Both the position numbers and the translations under genes were made by a program. The notes beneath the pieces are model-generated. The model saw nothing but the letters and a program-made list of their open reading frames with translations. It was not told where the DNA came from and searched no databases. From a virus (taxonomy: Duplodnaviria > Caudoviricetes), in the IMG/VR virus record IMGVR_UViG_3300033487_000017, positions 1 through 43,432 of that record: a DNA stretch of 43,432 bases; one strand, 5' to 3'. Each line of letters starts with the position of its first letter. The first letter of the stretch is position 1. Positions 26,066 to 33,437 of this stretch are shown here, one piece after another.

Positions 26066-26885
26066 ACTGTTTCACTACCGCGCCAAATACGCTAAACACA
26101 GTTGCAAATAAATCCGGGTTTTTACCAAGATAGAATATGGCTTGCCCTTGGCGGGCTGCCAGTATGTCATCGCCATACCAGAACTTTATGCGCCCAAGTG
26201 TCAGGCAGAATGGATACTCGATCAGCTTATGAAACCATCCCGTATCAGTTGAATTGTTTGTCAGGATGATTGCCGCCTCGATGTTTCCGCTTTTGTAACC
26301 TTCAACTGCCTTATCGATGAACTTCTCCGGTATGTCATAGGGCGGGTTGAGCCATACCCTACCGAACCACGGTTTAGATAGGCCATCATCTTCCTTCGTG
26401 TAATAAGTATCTGCCTTGATTTGTTCCTGCGCTTGCTGGCTGGTAGTAGGATCTAAGTCGATCCCGCCCATCACACCGCGCGCTGCGGAAATATAAGTTT
26501 CTGGCGTATACCACTCATGGCTGTCGTCGCTCACATGATAGGATACCGGACGCTTATTGTCTGGAAGATAGTACATCGTGATCTGGGTCCAAGATTCGTT
26601 TGGTACTTGTTCGAAGTCTGGATATTTTTCGTATAATTGAACAGCGCGATAAAGATTAGTCGTACTCATATCTAAAGATTTTCCCAGGCCTGCGAAAATC
26701 TTTTTCCCATATGTGGACGTTCTATCTAGATTGTTTTCTGTTGCGATGCGCTCTCCTAATTTGTGATAGCCCTTCACCAATGCACGTAATCCCTCATCTC
26801 TCGTTTCAGAAACAATAGTTTTACAGTCGTCAACTAAAATGTCGTACCAATCACTGTTGTCTATTGTGACGATGCTGTCTGTCAT
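26052..26885 (-). CDS. Phage DNA N6-adenine methyltransferase (phage Dam family) with N-terminal domain
   Basis: EWYTP, IDLDP, DDGL..W.G.VWLNPPY, TDTGWF, GRIKF. Confidence 0.9.
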   Translation of the reverse strand: MTDSIVTIDNSDWYDILVDDCKTIVSETRDEGLRALVKGYHKLGERIATENNLDRTSTYGKKIFAGLGKSLDMSTTNLYRAVQLYEKYPDFEQVPNESWTQITMYYLPDNKRPVSYHVSDDSHEWYTPETYISAARGVMGGIDLDPTTSQQAQEQIKADTYYTKEDDGLSKPWFGRVWLNPPYDIPEKFIDKAVEGYKSGNIEAAIILTNNSTDTGWFHKLIEYPFCLTLGRIKFWYGDDILAARQGQAIFYLGKNPDLFATVFSVFGAVVKQYDNK

Positions 26886-26897
26886 GCCCCACCTTTA

Positions 26898-27197
26898 TTA
26901 ATATTCCATCTCTTGCAGGTCGTCCATAACATCACTGATGGCCTGCTCCGGCGTGTACCAGATGCACATTGAGCCGTGCCATGTCTCGCGCCACTTGATC
27001 TCGTCCTCGGTCCAAGGCGCTTGGGCTGAGGTCTTCACCTCAGCCAGGTAGTTGCGCCCGCGGTAGCCCACCACCAGATCGGGGAAGCCATGACCGAGGC
27101 CAGCGGTTACAGTAACGCTGGCCCCGATCCTGCGCAAGGCCTGGATAATGTCGAACTGGTTGGCGTCCACGCGGTAGGCGGCTCTACTCTGTGACAT
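26898..27197 (-). CDS. VRR-NUC-like nuclease / Holliday junction resolvase candidate
   Basis: RVDANQ..GFPDLVVG..LAEVK; start moved to MSQSRAA. Confidence 0.75.
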   Translation of the reverse strand: MSQSRAAYRVDANQFDIIQALRRIGASVTVTAGLGHGFPDLVVGYRGRNYLAEVKTSAQAPWTEDEIKWRETWHGSMCIWYTPEQAISDVMDDLQEMEY

Positions 27198-27606
27198 TGC
27201 TGATCCCCAGGGCGAGTTGGCGCGGGCAGTCGGGCGCATGTCGGAACGATTTGTAGTTCCCACACCACGGACAATACGCATCATCATCAGGTTCTGCCCA
27301 TTCCACCTGTCGCAACGCCTCCCGCGCCTGGGCGCCCTGGTGATGACATCCTGCAAGTGCAACAACTAAGTTATTGCGCTCTTCTTCGAGCCTGTTGATC
27401 TCGGCCCGAGCATAGGTCAACATCTCCCGCGCTTGGCCGCCCGCTTCGATGCGGCGAAGTAATTCACCGCGAAATTTGTCAGCCTGGCGCAGAAGTCTCT
27501 TATTGTCGACTTCCATCCTCCTTCCGGTAGGATAGATTGTTGAATAGATCGCAGAGATATTCTCCTCTGCCGCTTCCATTGCGCTCAAGATTGTTCTGGT
27601 TTTCAT
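27184..27606 (-). CDS. Hypothetical coiled-coil protein with C-terminal CPWC..H..DC
   Basis: ORF track; Zn-binding tail. Confidence 0.6.
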   Translation of the reverse strand: MKTRTILSAMEAAEENISAIYSTIYPTGRRMEVDNKRLLRQADKFRGELLRRIEAGGQAREMLTYARAEINRLEEERNNLVVALAGCHHQGAQAREALRQVEWAEPDDDAYCPWCGNYKSFRHAPDCPRQLALGISNVTE

Positions 27607-27650
27607 AGTTTCACCATGCTTTCTATAATGTTATTTATCGAAACCATGAT

Positions 27651-27800
27651 TTACCTCGCCAACCCTATCGCCTTCAGGATCGCCATCAGGCAGCCTTGCG
27701 GCTCCTCCGGCTCATCGTCCGGCAGAATAACCGGCGGCCTGGGTGCGTAGCGCTCGGGTTCTTTACCGGCCATGTGATCAATATCTGCGTAGTCGTCCAT
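27651..27800 (-). CDS. Small hypothetical protein (49 aa), not in the ORF track
   Basis: MDDYADIDHM...GCLMAILKAIGLAR; TAATG-coupled to the upstream gene. Confidence 0.45.
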   Translation of the reverse strand: MDDYADIDHMAGKEPERYAPRPPVILPDDEPEEPQGCLMAILKAIGLAR

Positions 27801-28246
27801 TACTCGTCCCATTCTTTCGGATCTGTCCCGCGCGTTGCATTTTTCAGCCAGGCGCCAACGAACAGCGCCAGCAGGATGCTACCCAGGCCCAGGACGCAGG
27901 CGCACACGATTGCCAGCGCCCATGGGGTTTGATTGGCGGGTGCTTCCTGTGGCCCGTAGCCACCGGAGGGTAGGCGGATCTCACGCGGCTCGTTCTCTGC
28001 CTTGCTCTTTGGCTTATTCGGCTCGGGCGTCACGCCATGCTCGGGCGGCTCGGTGATCTCTGGCGGAGGCTGTGTTTCAACGGGCGGCGGTTTGGTTTCC
28101 GCCGGCGGTTTCGTCTCAATGGGTGGAGGCGGCAGCGTTTCCACCGGCGGAGGTGGTTTCGTTTCTACCGGTGGTGGCTTGGTCGGCCCTGGGCGGAATG
28201 CCAGCAGGGTGAAGGCGATCAGCAGGATGAACAGTAGTTTTTTCAT
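27800..28246 (-). CDS. Exported Pro-rich protein with C-terminal membrane anchor
   Basis: Signal peptide MKKLLFILLIAFTLLA, repeated PPPVET units, LPSGG, TM helix, charged tail. Confidence 0.7.
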   Translation of the reverse strand: MKKLLFILLIAFTLLAFRPGPTKPPPVETKPPPPVETLPPPPIETKPPAETKPPPVETQPPPEITEPPEHGVTPEPNKPKSKAENEPREIRLPSGGYGPQEAPANQTPWALAIVCACVLGLGSILLALFVGAWLKNATRGTDPKEWDE

Positions 28247-28511
28247 GGTTTCCCCCTATGAATAATCACATTTCAGATACGGCGCGATAGCAGGCCATAA
28301 CGCCTCTGCAATCTTCTTTTCGTTTTCTCCAACCCGCGCGCCTTGCGGTTCATCGTTCTCAAAATCTTGTTCGCCATAGCGAACACGGTAAAGGCGATAG
28401 ACTCCTGGGCGAACAATCAATAGTTTCACGCCCCAAAGAGAGTAATCGCCATCTTTCATTTCATCCGGTCGCGAGTTGTATGGATCGCGGTATGCGTTCA
28501 TGGTTTCCCCC
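28242..28511. repeat. 15-bp direct repeat TTCATGGTTTCCCCC (28242-28256 and 28497-28511) flanking one gene
   Basis: Exact match of both copies. Confidence 0.85.
28256..28501 (-). CDS. Hypothetical protein (repeat-flanked)
   Basis: 81-aa ORF between the 15-bp repeats. Confidence 0.65.
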   Translation of the reverse strand: MNAYRDPYNSRPDEMKDGDYSLWGVKLLIVRPGVYRLYRVRYGEQDFENDEPQGARVGENEKKIAEALWPAIAPYLKCDYS

Positions 28512-28617
28512 CAATCTGTCGTTGAACGACTGCCAGGAAGATGAATGACATCACCAGCACGGTGATGTAAAATCCTGCGTTGCTCCAGGTAAGTCCTAAA
28601 ATGATGTCCATGTTCAT
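28498..28617 (-). CDS. Small membrane peptide (39 aa), not in the ORF track
   Basis: MNMDIILGLTWSNAGFYITVLVMSFIFLAVVQRQIGGKP; ATGA overlaps at both ends. Confidence 0.55.
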   Translation of the reverse strand: MNMDIILGLTWSNAGFYITVLVMSFIFLAVVQRQIGGKP

Positions 28618-28889
28618 TCCCCTGTTGCGAGGTATCCGCGGTAGTGTACGACTGCCCATTGCAGCGCCTCTAATTTACTTACGCCCATCTGATCAGCGAT
28701 GGCTTCTAGGTCGCGCTCTGCATAATCGAGCATTGTCGGCGATTTTTTTTCTAGCACTGTGGCGATGCGCTCCAGCGCGGTCGCCTGGCGCTCGGCGGCC
28801 AGCACCGCGCGTTCTTGCAGGTTGTCTTTGTGCGCTTCAATTTCGGCGCGCTCTCGGCGCATTTCTGCTTCCGCAATATAGTCCTTCAT
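28614..28889 (-). CDS. Hypothetical protein, possible C-terminal RHH
   Basis: LEAIADQMGVSKLEALQWAV. Confidence 0.6.
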   Translation of the reverse strand: MKDYIAEAEMRRERAEIEAHKDNLQERAVLAAERQATALERIATVLEKKSPTMLDYAERDLEAIADQMGVSKLEALQWAVVHYRGYLATGE

Positions 28890-28906
28890 CGTCTCATCTC
28901 CCTTTG

Positions 28907-29214
28907 TTGTGCAATGCCCGCCCTAGTGCCTGCGGTTGCGTCGCTGGCTTGCCTGGCGCAGCTTCCGGCGGTACTTCGGCTCCTCGTTATCCCGCTTGGT
29001 GTAGCTGCCGTTGCTCCTGGAGCCAAACACCACCGGCTTCGTTTTGGGCTTTGGCTGGCGTAATACTTTGTCCGGCGGGTTTCGCTTCTTGTTTTCTGGC
29101 AGCTCTTTGCGCGGCGGAACCGTATAATGCAGTTTCTCGCCGGATATAAAACGGGCCTTGATTAATTGCCATGCGTTCATTCCTAATCTCCTGTTATCTT
29201 GTGCAATGCCCGCC
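28907..29214. repeat. 16-bp direct repeat TTGTGCAATGCCCGCC (28907-28922 and 29199-29214) flanking one gene
   Basis: Exact match of both copies; each lies just upstream of an RBS on the minus strand. Confidence 0.85.
28923..29180 (-). CDS. Highly basic hypothetical protein (repeat-flanked)
   Basis: K/R-rich 85 aa; AGGAG RBS. Confidence 0.65.
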   Translation of the reverse strand: MNAWQLIKARFISGEKLHYTVPPRKELPENKKRNPPDKVLRQPKPKTKPVVFGSRSNGSYTKRDNEEPKYRRKLRQASQRRNRRH

Positions 29215-29269
29215 GCTGACGGTTATCCCGTTGACCCCAACGAGCGCAACCCAGGCGGCGGGCGGGTTG

Positions 29270-30079
29270 CTATGGCTGCGCTGCCTTGCGGCTGTTCAGC
29301 ACCAGGACTGCCGCGGCGTGCAATCCGTTGGTAGCTTTGTCGATCACGATTTGAAGCTGCTCCTCGGACAGTTCGCCAAGCTGCTTGCCCTTCGGGGTGC
29401 GCATGTTGAGCGCGGCTTCCAGGGTCAGATCCTCGTGCGGCTGTTCCTGCGGGGCGGGTGCGGGCGTCTCGTGGTATTCGCCCTCGATAAGGTCCATATC
29501 CTCAATGTCCTGGGTGAAGAACTCCGAGGCGTTGGCGGCGATAAGGGTAGCGGCCACCAGCGACCGCTTCTGGCTCATCTTGTTGATGGTGTTCACCAGA
29601 TCAAATGGCTCCAGGTTCTCAACCACGTAAACCTTGTATTTGCCATACTGCCCGGATTTTTCCTCAACCCGGATTGCGCGCGCCTTGTCGTCCTCGGTGG
29701 CCTGTTTCTCGGTGATGTTGCGGTAGCGGTATTTCTTCTCCTTGCTGTTACAGGAACCAATACCGCTGCCGACCTTCACGCCGTTGTGGTACAGGTCACA
29801 GCGGTGCTCGAAGTAGAACAGCCCCTTCTCGAAGTCTACGATCTTGTCGGTTACGACGAACTCGGGACACATCCCGAACAGGCTGCACAGTTTCTCAGCT
29901 CCGGGCTTCAGCAGGGTAGGCATGTTCCCGGTCCCAGGAACCACGCCATAATCCTTGCCCGATTTCATCACCTTCTTGGTGAACTCAATCACCGCGTTAT
30001 AGCGGGCGATAGCATCCTGGATGCCCATCACGGGCATAAGGGCGGTCGTGCCGGTTGGTACGATTGCTTGGTCAATCAT
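29270..30079 (-). CDS. Putative single-strand annealing / recombination protein
   Basis: PTLLKPGAEKL, GSCNSKE, NTINKMSQKRSLVAA, FTQDIED; early-region position. Confidence 0.6.
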   Translation of the reverse strand: MIDQAIVPTGTTALMPVMGIQDAIARYNAVIEFTKKVMKSGKDYGVVPGTGNMPTLLKPGAEKLCSLFGMCPEFVVTDKIVDFEKGLFYFEHRCDLYHNGVKVGSGIGSCNSKEKKYRYRNITEKQATEDDKARAIRVEEKSGQYGKYKVYVVENLEPFDLVNTINKMSQKRSLVAATLIAANASEFFTQDIEDMDLIEGEYHETPAPAPQEQPHEDLTLEAALNMRTPKGKQLGELSEEQLQIVIDKATNGLHAAAVLVLNSRKAAQP

Positions 30080-30380
30080 TCTCGGCCTCCTGTGCGGCTT
30101 TCTCAGCAGCCCGGATGCGCGCCCAATCGCGGCAGCCTGGGCAGGGTTCGTTTAACGGATTGCAAGTACATTCCGGGTAATTCAAATGGGCCAGCCGGAT
30201 AATCTCGTCCACGCTCATGCTCTCGCTGATCCAAGTTTCTACCCATTCGTTGTATTTCTCCTCGCCCCAAAGATAATATAGCGGCATGAGTTCCTTCATC
30301 ATGCGCGCTTGCTCGTTGCGCCGGTATTCCCGCGCATACCATTGTTCCATTGACTTTCTGGTGGATTGATGTATACTCAT
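30072..30380 (-). CDS. Hypothetical protein with Cys cluster
   Basis: CTC..CPGC; AAAGG RBS. Confidence 0.6.
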   Translation of the reverse strand: MSIHQSTRKSMEQWYAREYRRNEQARMMKELMPLYYLWGEEKYNEWVETWISESMSVDEIIRLAHLNYPECTCNPLNEPCPGCRDWARIRAAEKAAQEAEND

Positions 30381-30420
30381 TGCAGTACCTTTTCCTTGCA
30401 AATGGTGAAGGTCAAGCCCG

Positions 30421-30639
30421 TCAGCTCCGGCTGGCGGGTTTTGCGTTTAGCTGTTCCTGCTGGAACAGCCAGATAGCACGGTCGTACGCGCTCTCGGCTG
30501 CATTGGCCGCATCCTTGGCGGCCTTGACATCGGCTGCGCTAGCCATGCGCTGATCGTGCAACTGGCACACATCTAGCCAATGCCGGGTGGCGGCTCTGGC
30601 CACCTTCTGAAGTTCGTTGAGTTCCCGTGCGGTGATCAT
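30421..30639 (-). CDS. Hypothetical protein
   Basis: Start moved to MITAREL. Confidence 0.6.
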   Translation of the reverse strand: MITARELNELQKVARAATRHWLDVCQLHDQRMASAADVKAAKDAANAAESAYDRAIWLFQQEQLNAKPASRS

Positions 30640-30708
30640 TGTGTCCTTACGCCCTCCTATGTTTGTGATATACTGAACTCGAATACGCCCCATATTGACA
30701 TCGAAAAA

Positions 30709-30891
30709 TTACATCGACTGTGCTTGATTGGCTGTAACTGGCTGGTCGGGCTTTAACAACGTGCTGTATGGTTGTTCTGCCGTTGCGCGTCCCGACAGCT
30801 GCCAGAGCAGCCGCATCGCCCCCCACCACGCCGCGGCGTGCTCAGGCGGGCAGGGTACGTAAGAAACCGTCAGATCGACGGTCCAGTTCAT
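30709..30891 (-). CDS. Small hypothetical protein downstream of the cro-like gene
   Basis: TAATG-coupled to the RHH gene. Confidence 0.55.
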   Translation of the reverse strand: MNWTVDLTVSYVPCPPEHAAAWWGAMRLLWQLSGRATAEQPYSTLLKPDQPVTANQAQSM

Positions 30892-31100
30892 TACTCTGCG
30901 CGCTCCACGTACACAACGGGGACCGGCTGGGCGTCGGCTGGATGAGGAAGATCCTCAATCCTGGCGACACGGTAAACCGACCATTCACGGATGATGAGCC
31001 GCAGAGCGCTCGACCAATCAAGACCACGTGCCTCGCCATAAGACTTCACGATCTCGATGTCTTCTGGATATAAGCTGCTGTTTTTCGCAATCCTTGCCAT
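30891..31100 (-). CDS. Cro-position ribbon-helix-helix DNA-binding protein
   Basis: KNSSLYPEDIEIVKSYGEARGLDWSSALRLIIREW; AAGGAGG RBS; first gene from the strong leftward promoter. Confidence 0.7.
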   Translation of the reverse strand: MARIAKNSSLYPEDIEIVKSYGEARGLDWSSALRLIIREWSVYRVARIEDLPHPADAQPVPVVYVERAE

Positions 31101-31139
31101 TTGTCCTCCTTTACTCTGCAATGAAATATTACACTGTGA

Positions 31140-31168
31140 ATTATATATCCTGTGTGACAATGTGTCAA
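31140..31168 (-). promoter_or_regulatory. Early lytic promoter, perfect sigma70 consensus
   Basis: TTGACA-17 nt-TATAAT; overlapped by TGACA-N3-TGTCA (31155-31167) and flanked by the inverted pair TTACACT (31129)/AGTGTAA (31170). Confidence 0.9.
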
Positions 31169-31187
31169 GAGTGTAAAAGATTAGAAT

Positions 31188-31193
31188 TACAAT
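31188..31193 (+). promoter_or_regulatory. -10 box of a PRM-like promoter giving a leaderless repressor mRNA
   Basis: TACAAT 6 nt before the GTG at 31200; no RBS; poor -35. Confidence 0.6.
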
Positions 31194-31199
31194 CATTTT

Positions 31200-31562
31200 G
31201 TGGAATTTCAAGATTGGATCACTCGGAAATATGTTGAGTGGAGGGGAAACAAGATAGGGCGCGAGGGAAGTGCAAGCGCGTTTTCGGATTGGTTAGGTGT
31301 CAAACAATCTCTAATGTCACAGTGGTTGTCAGGTGACAGGAAACCTACGTCGGCCAAATCCATCAACGCCCTGGTTTCCCGTTACGGTGGGGAGGTCTAC
31401 GATGTTCTCGGAATTTCACCAGCCTTTGAAGTAGATACAGAGATCAATCACTCAGTAGCCGAATTGGCTAAGCTGATCAATAGTCTGTCCCCGGAAGACC
31501 AAAAAGAGCTAACGTCCATCATCCGTTCGATGGTGAAGAAGCGCACGAAAGATGGCGAATAA
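31200..31562 (+). CDS. Immunity repressor (XRE/cI-like HTH, no peptidase domain)
   Basis: SAFSDWLGVKQSLMSQWLSGDRKP HTH; divergent from the cro-like gene, upstream of the integrase. Confidence 0.85.
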   Translation: MEFQDWITRKYVEWRGNKIGREGSASAFSDWLGVKQSLMSQWLSGDRKPTSAKSINALVSRYGGEVYDVLGISPAFEVDTEINHSVAELAKLINSLSPEDQKELTSIIRSMVKKRTKDGE

Positions 31563-33063
31563 ATCGCCCTTTCAGCCCGGCAGCCTGGTCGCCGCCTATT
31601 TCCGTGATAGCGGCGGTGAAGCCCAGGACCTCAGCATCCCCCAGCAAGAAGCGCATTTCCGCAACTGGTGCGTCCAGAACGGCCTTACCCCCGGCGCCGT
31701 CTTCCGCGACGCCGCCCGGCCTGGCTCCACCGTCGCCGGCCGGCAGGCCTTCGGCGATATGATGCACCACTTTCGCAACGGCGCACAAGAGGCCGGGTTG
31801 GTCATCTGGTCGTATTCCCGCTTTGCTAGGGACTTCGACGACGCCCAGTTCTACCGCGCCGATATCCGCCGGCGTGGTTACCTGTTCCACTCGCTAAATG
31901 ACGATATTCCCGATGGTCCGATGGGGCGGCTATTCGAAGCCGTTATCGACTGGAAAAACGAACAATTTCTGGAAGATCTCAGCCGTGACGTTCGCCGCGG
32001 CCTGCACGACCTGGTGCTCACCCATGGCGCCGTTCCAGGAACGCCTCCGCGTGGTTTCAAAAGAGAACCGGTTCAAATCGGATCGCGCCGCGATGGCCGC
32101 CCCCATATCGCCAACCGTTGGGTTCCCGATCCCGAAAAGATCGAGCTGGTCCGCCAGGCCTTTTCCCTGCGCGCTGCCGGCGTGCCGCTCAGCCAGATCA
32201 ACGCCCAAACCCACCTGTATGGCTCGATCAATTCCTACACCACCTTTTTCTCCAACCGGCTCTACATCGGGATCCTGGAATTCGGCGACCTGGTCATCGA
32301 AAATTATTGCGAGCCGATCATCGACCAGGTCACCTGGGAGGCCGTCCAGCTGCGTCTCCAGCAGCACGCCGCGCACCACAACTTGACCGACCCCGGCAGT
32401 GTGGTCCACCCGCGCAGGATCGGATCCCGCTACCTGCTCTCCGGCCTGGCCTTTTGTGCTCGCTGCGGATCCCCGCTTTACGGATCATCCACTCCCCAGC
32501 GCAATAAATCAGTCGTTAATCGCTACGCCTGCACGCGCGCTGCCCGTCAACGTGACTGCGATCTCAAGCCCATCCCGCGCAAGGTCTTGGAAACCGCTGT
32601 GCTTGATACTCTAGCTGTCTACGTATTGCAACCCGAGGTGCAGGCCGCCAACCTTCAGCTCATCCAGGCGCAGCAAGCACAGGCTCATGCAGATCTGCGT
32701 GCTCAGCGCACCGACCTATCCAATCGGATAGGTGGCGTGCGCCGGCGCCTGGCCAACCTGACCGCCGCTATTGCTGAAGCCGGGCATACCAGTGCGCTGC
32801 TGGAAAGCCTGAACCGTTTCGAAGCCGAAGTCGCAGATCTGCGCTCGCAAATCGCCGCGATCGATCGGCAGCTCGCAGCACCGGTCCCCGAACTGCCCGC
32901 CGAAGATCTGCCCGCACAGCTGGAAGCCTTGCGCGCAGTGCTGTCAGATCCCAACCCCGAAGCCGCCCAACGCCTGCTGCGTGGCCTGGTCAACCGGATC
33001 GTCGTCGACCGTGACGGCTCCCTGGTCCGCGGCGAGCTGATTTATTACTCCCCACCGCCTTGA
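31552..33063 (+). CDS. Large serine integrase (resolvase, recombinase, Zn-ribbon and coiled-coil domains)
   Basis: YFRDS catalytic Ser, SRFARD, P.GF, Y.G, YLLSGLAFCARCG..YAC..C. Confidence 0.95.
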   Translation: MANKSPFQPGSLVAAYFRDSGGEAQDLSIPQQEAHFRNWCVQNGLTPGAVFRDAARPGSTVAGRQAFGDMMHHFRNGAQEAGLVIWSYSRFARDFDDAQFYRADIRRRGYLFHSLNDDIPDGPMGRLFEAVIDWKNEQFLEDLSRDVRRGLHDLVLTHGAVPGTPPRGFKREPVQIGSRRDGRPHIANRWVPDPEKIELVRQAFSLRAAGVPLSQINAQTHLYGSINSYTTFFSNRLYIGILEFGDLVIENYCEPIIDQVTWEAVQLRLQQHAAHHNLTDPGSVVHPRRIGSRYLLSGLAFCARCGSPLYGSSTPQRNKSVVNRYACTRAARQRDCDLKPIPRKVLETAVLDTLAVYVLQPEVQAANLQLIQAQQAQAHADLRAQRTDLSNRIGGVRRRLANLTAAIAEAGHTSALLESLNRFEAEVADLRSQIAAIDRQLAAPVPELPAEDLPAQLEALRAVLSDPNPEAAQRLLRGLVNRIVVDRDGSLVRGELIYYSPPP

Positions 33064-33067
33064 CTGC

Positions 33068-33116
33068 CTGTGTCATCATCCCCCGTCCCCCTGGGGGCAC
33101 CTCCCGCTAGACACAG
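33068..33116. other. Putative attP
   Basis: Inverted repeat CTGTGTC/GACACAG around the palindromic core CCCCCTGGGGG; about 49 bp; immediately after the integrase stop. Confidence 0.65.
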
Positions 33117-33154
33117 CTTTACCCACCTTTTTGTCGCACACATTCGCCCGTGGA

Positions 33155-33184
33155 AGAAGAAAAGCCCCTGAGTTCAGGGGCTTT
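33155..33184 (-). terminator. Intrinsic terminator, probably bidirectional, between convergent genes
   Basis: AAAGCCCCTGA/TCAGGGGCTTT stem; TTTTCTTCTT tail on the minus strand. Confidence 0.75.
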
Positions 33185-33404
33185 CGTCCTCCATCTGTTC
33201 TCTGACGACCATCCGCGTCAGCAGGATCGAAGGCCTGCGCTTGGGGTCTTTCAGCCCCAGCTTGGAATAAATTGATCCCGTCTGGTTTTTGACCGTCTGA
33301 GGCGACCGGCCCAGCATGCGCCCAATCTCGCGGTATTCGTAGCCTTCTGCGATCAGGGCGGCGATCTGCATTTCTCGTTTTGTCAGCTTGTCTTCAATTG
33401 CCAA
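33174..33404 (-). CDS. Stand-alone LuxR-type HTH protein
   Basis: LTKREMQIAALIAEGYEYREIGRMLGRSPQTVKNQTGSIYSKLG. Confidence 0.88.
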   Translation of the reverse strand: MAIEDKLTKREMQIAALIAEGYEYREIGRMLGRSPQTVKNQTGSIYSKLGLKDPKRRPSILLTRMVVREQMEDESP

Positions 33405-33437
33405 ATTGTGCGGCCTCCCCTGCGCCGCGAGTTGTTA

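Noticed and set aside
29208-29270. HDV/theta ribozyme
   Set aside because: Only 11 nt lie between the putative P1 strands, too few for P2, P3 and L3
29171-30202. 343-aa plus-strand ORF
   Set aside because: Antisense shadow of the annealing-protein gene; no recognisable motifs
30673-30684. LexA box-like GAAC-N4-ATAC
   Set aside because: Two mismatches to GAAC-N4-GTTC; too weak to call
33085-33101. tRNA gene
   Set aside because: Only a 3'-end-like fragment with no D arm, anticodon arm or TTC; treated as the att core
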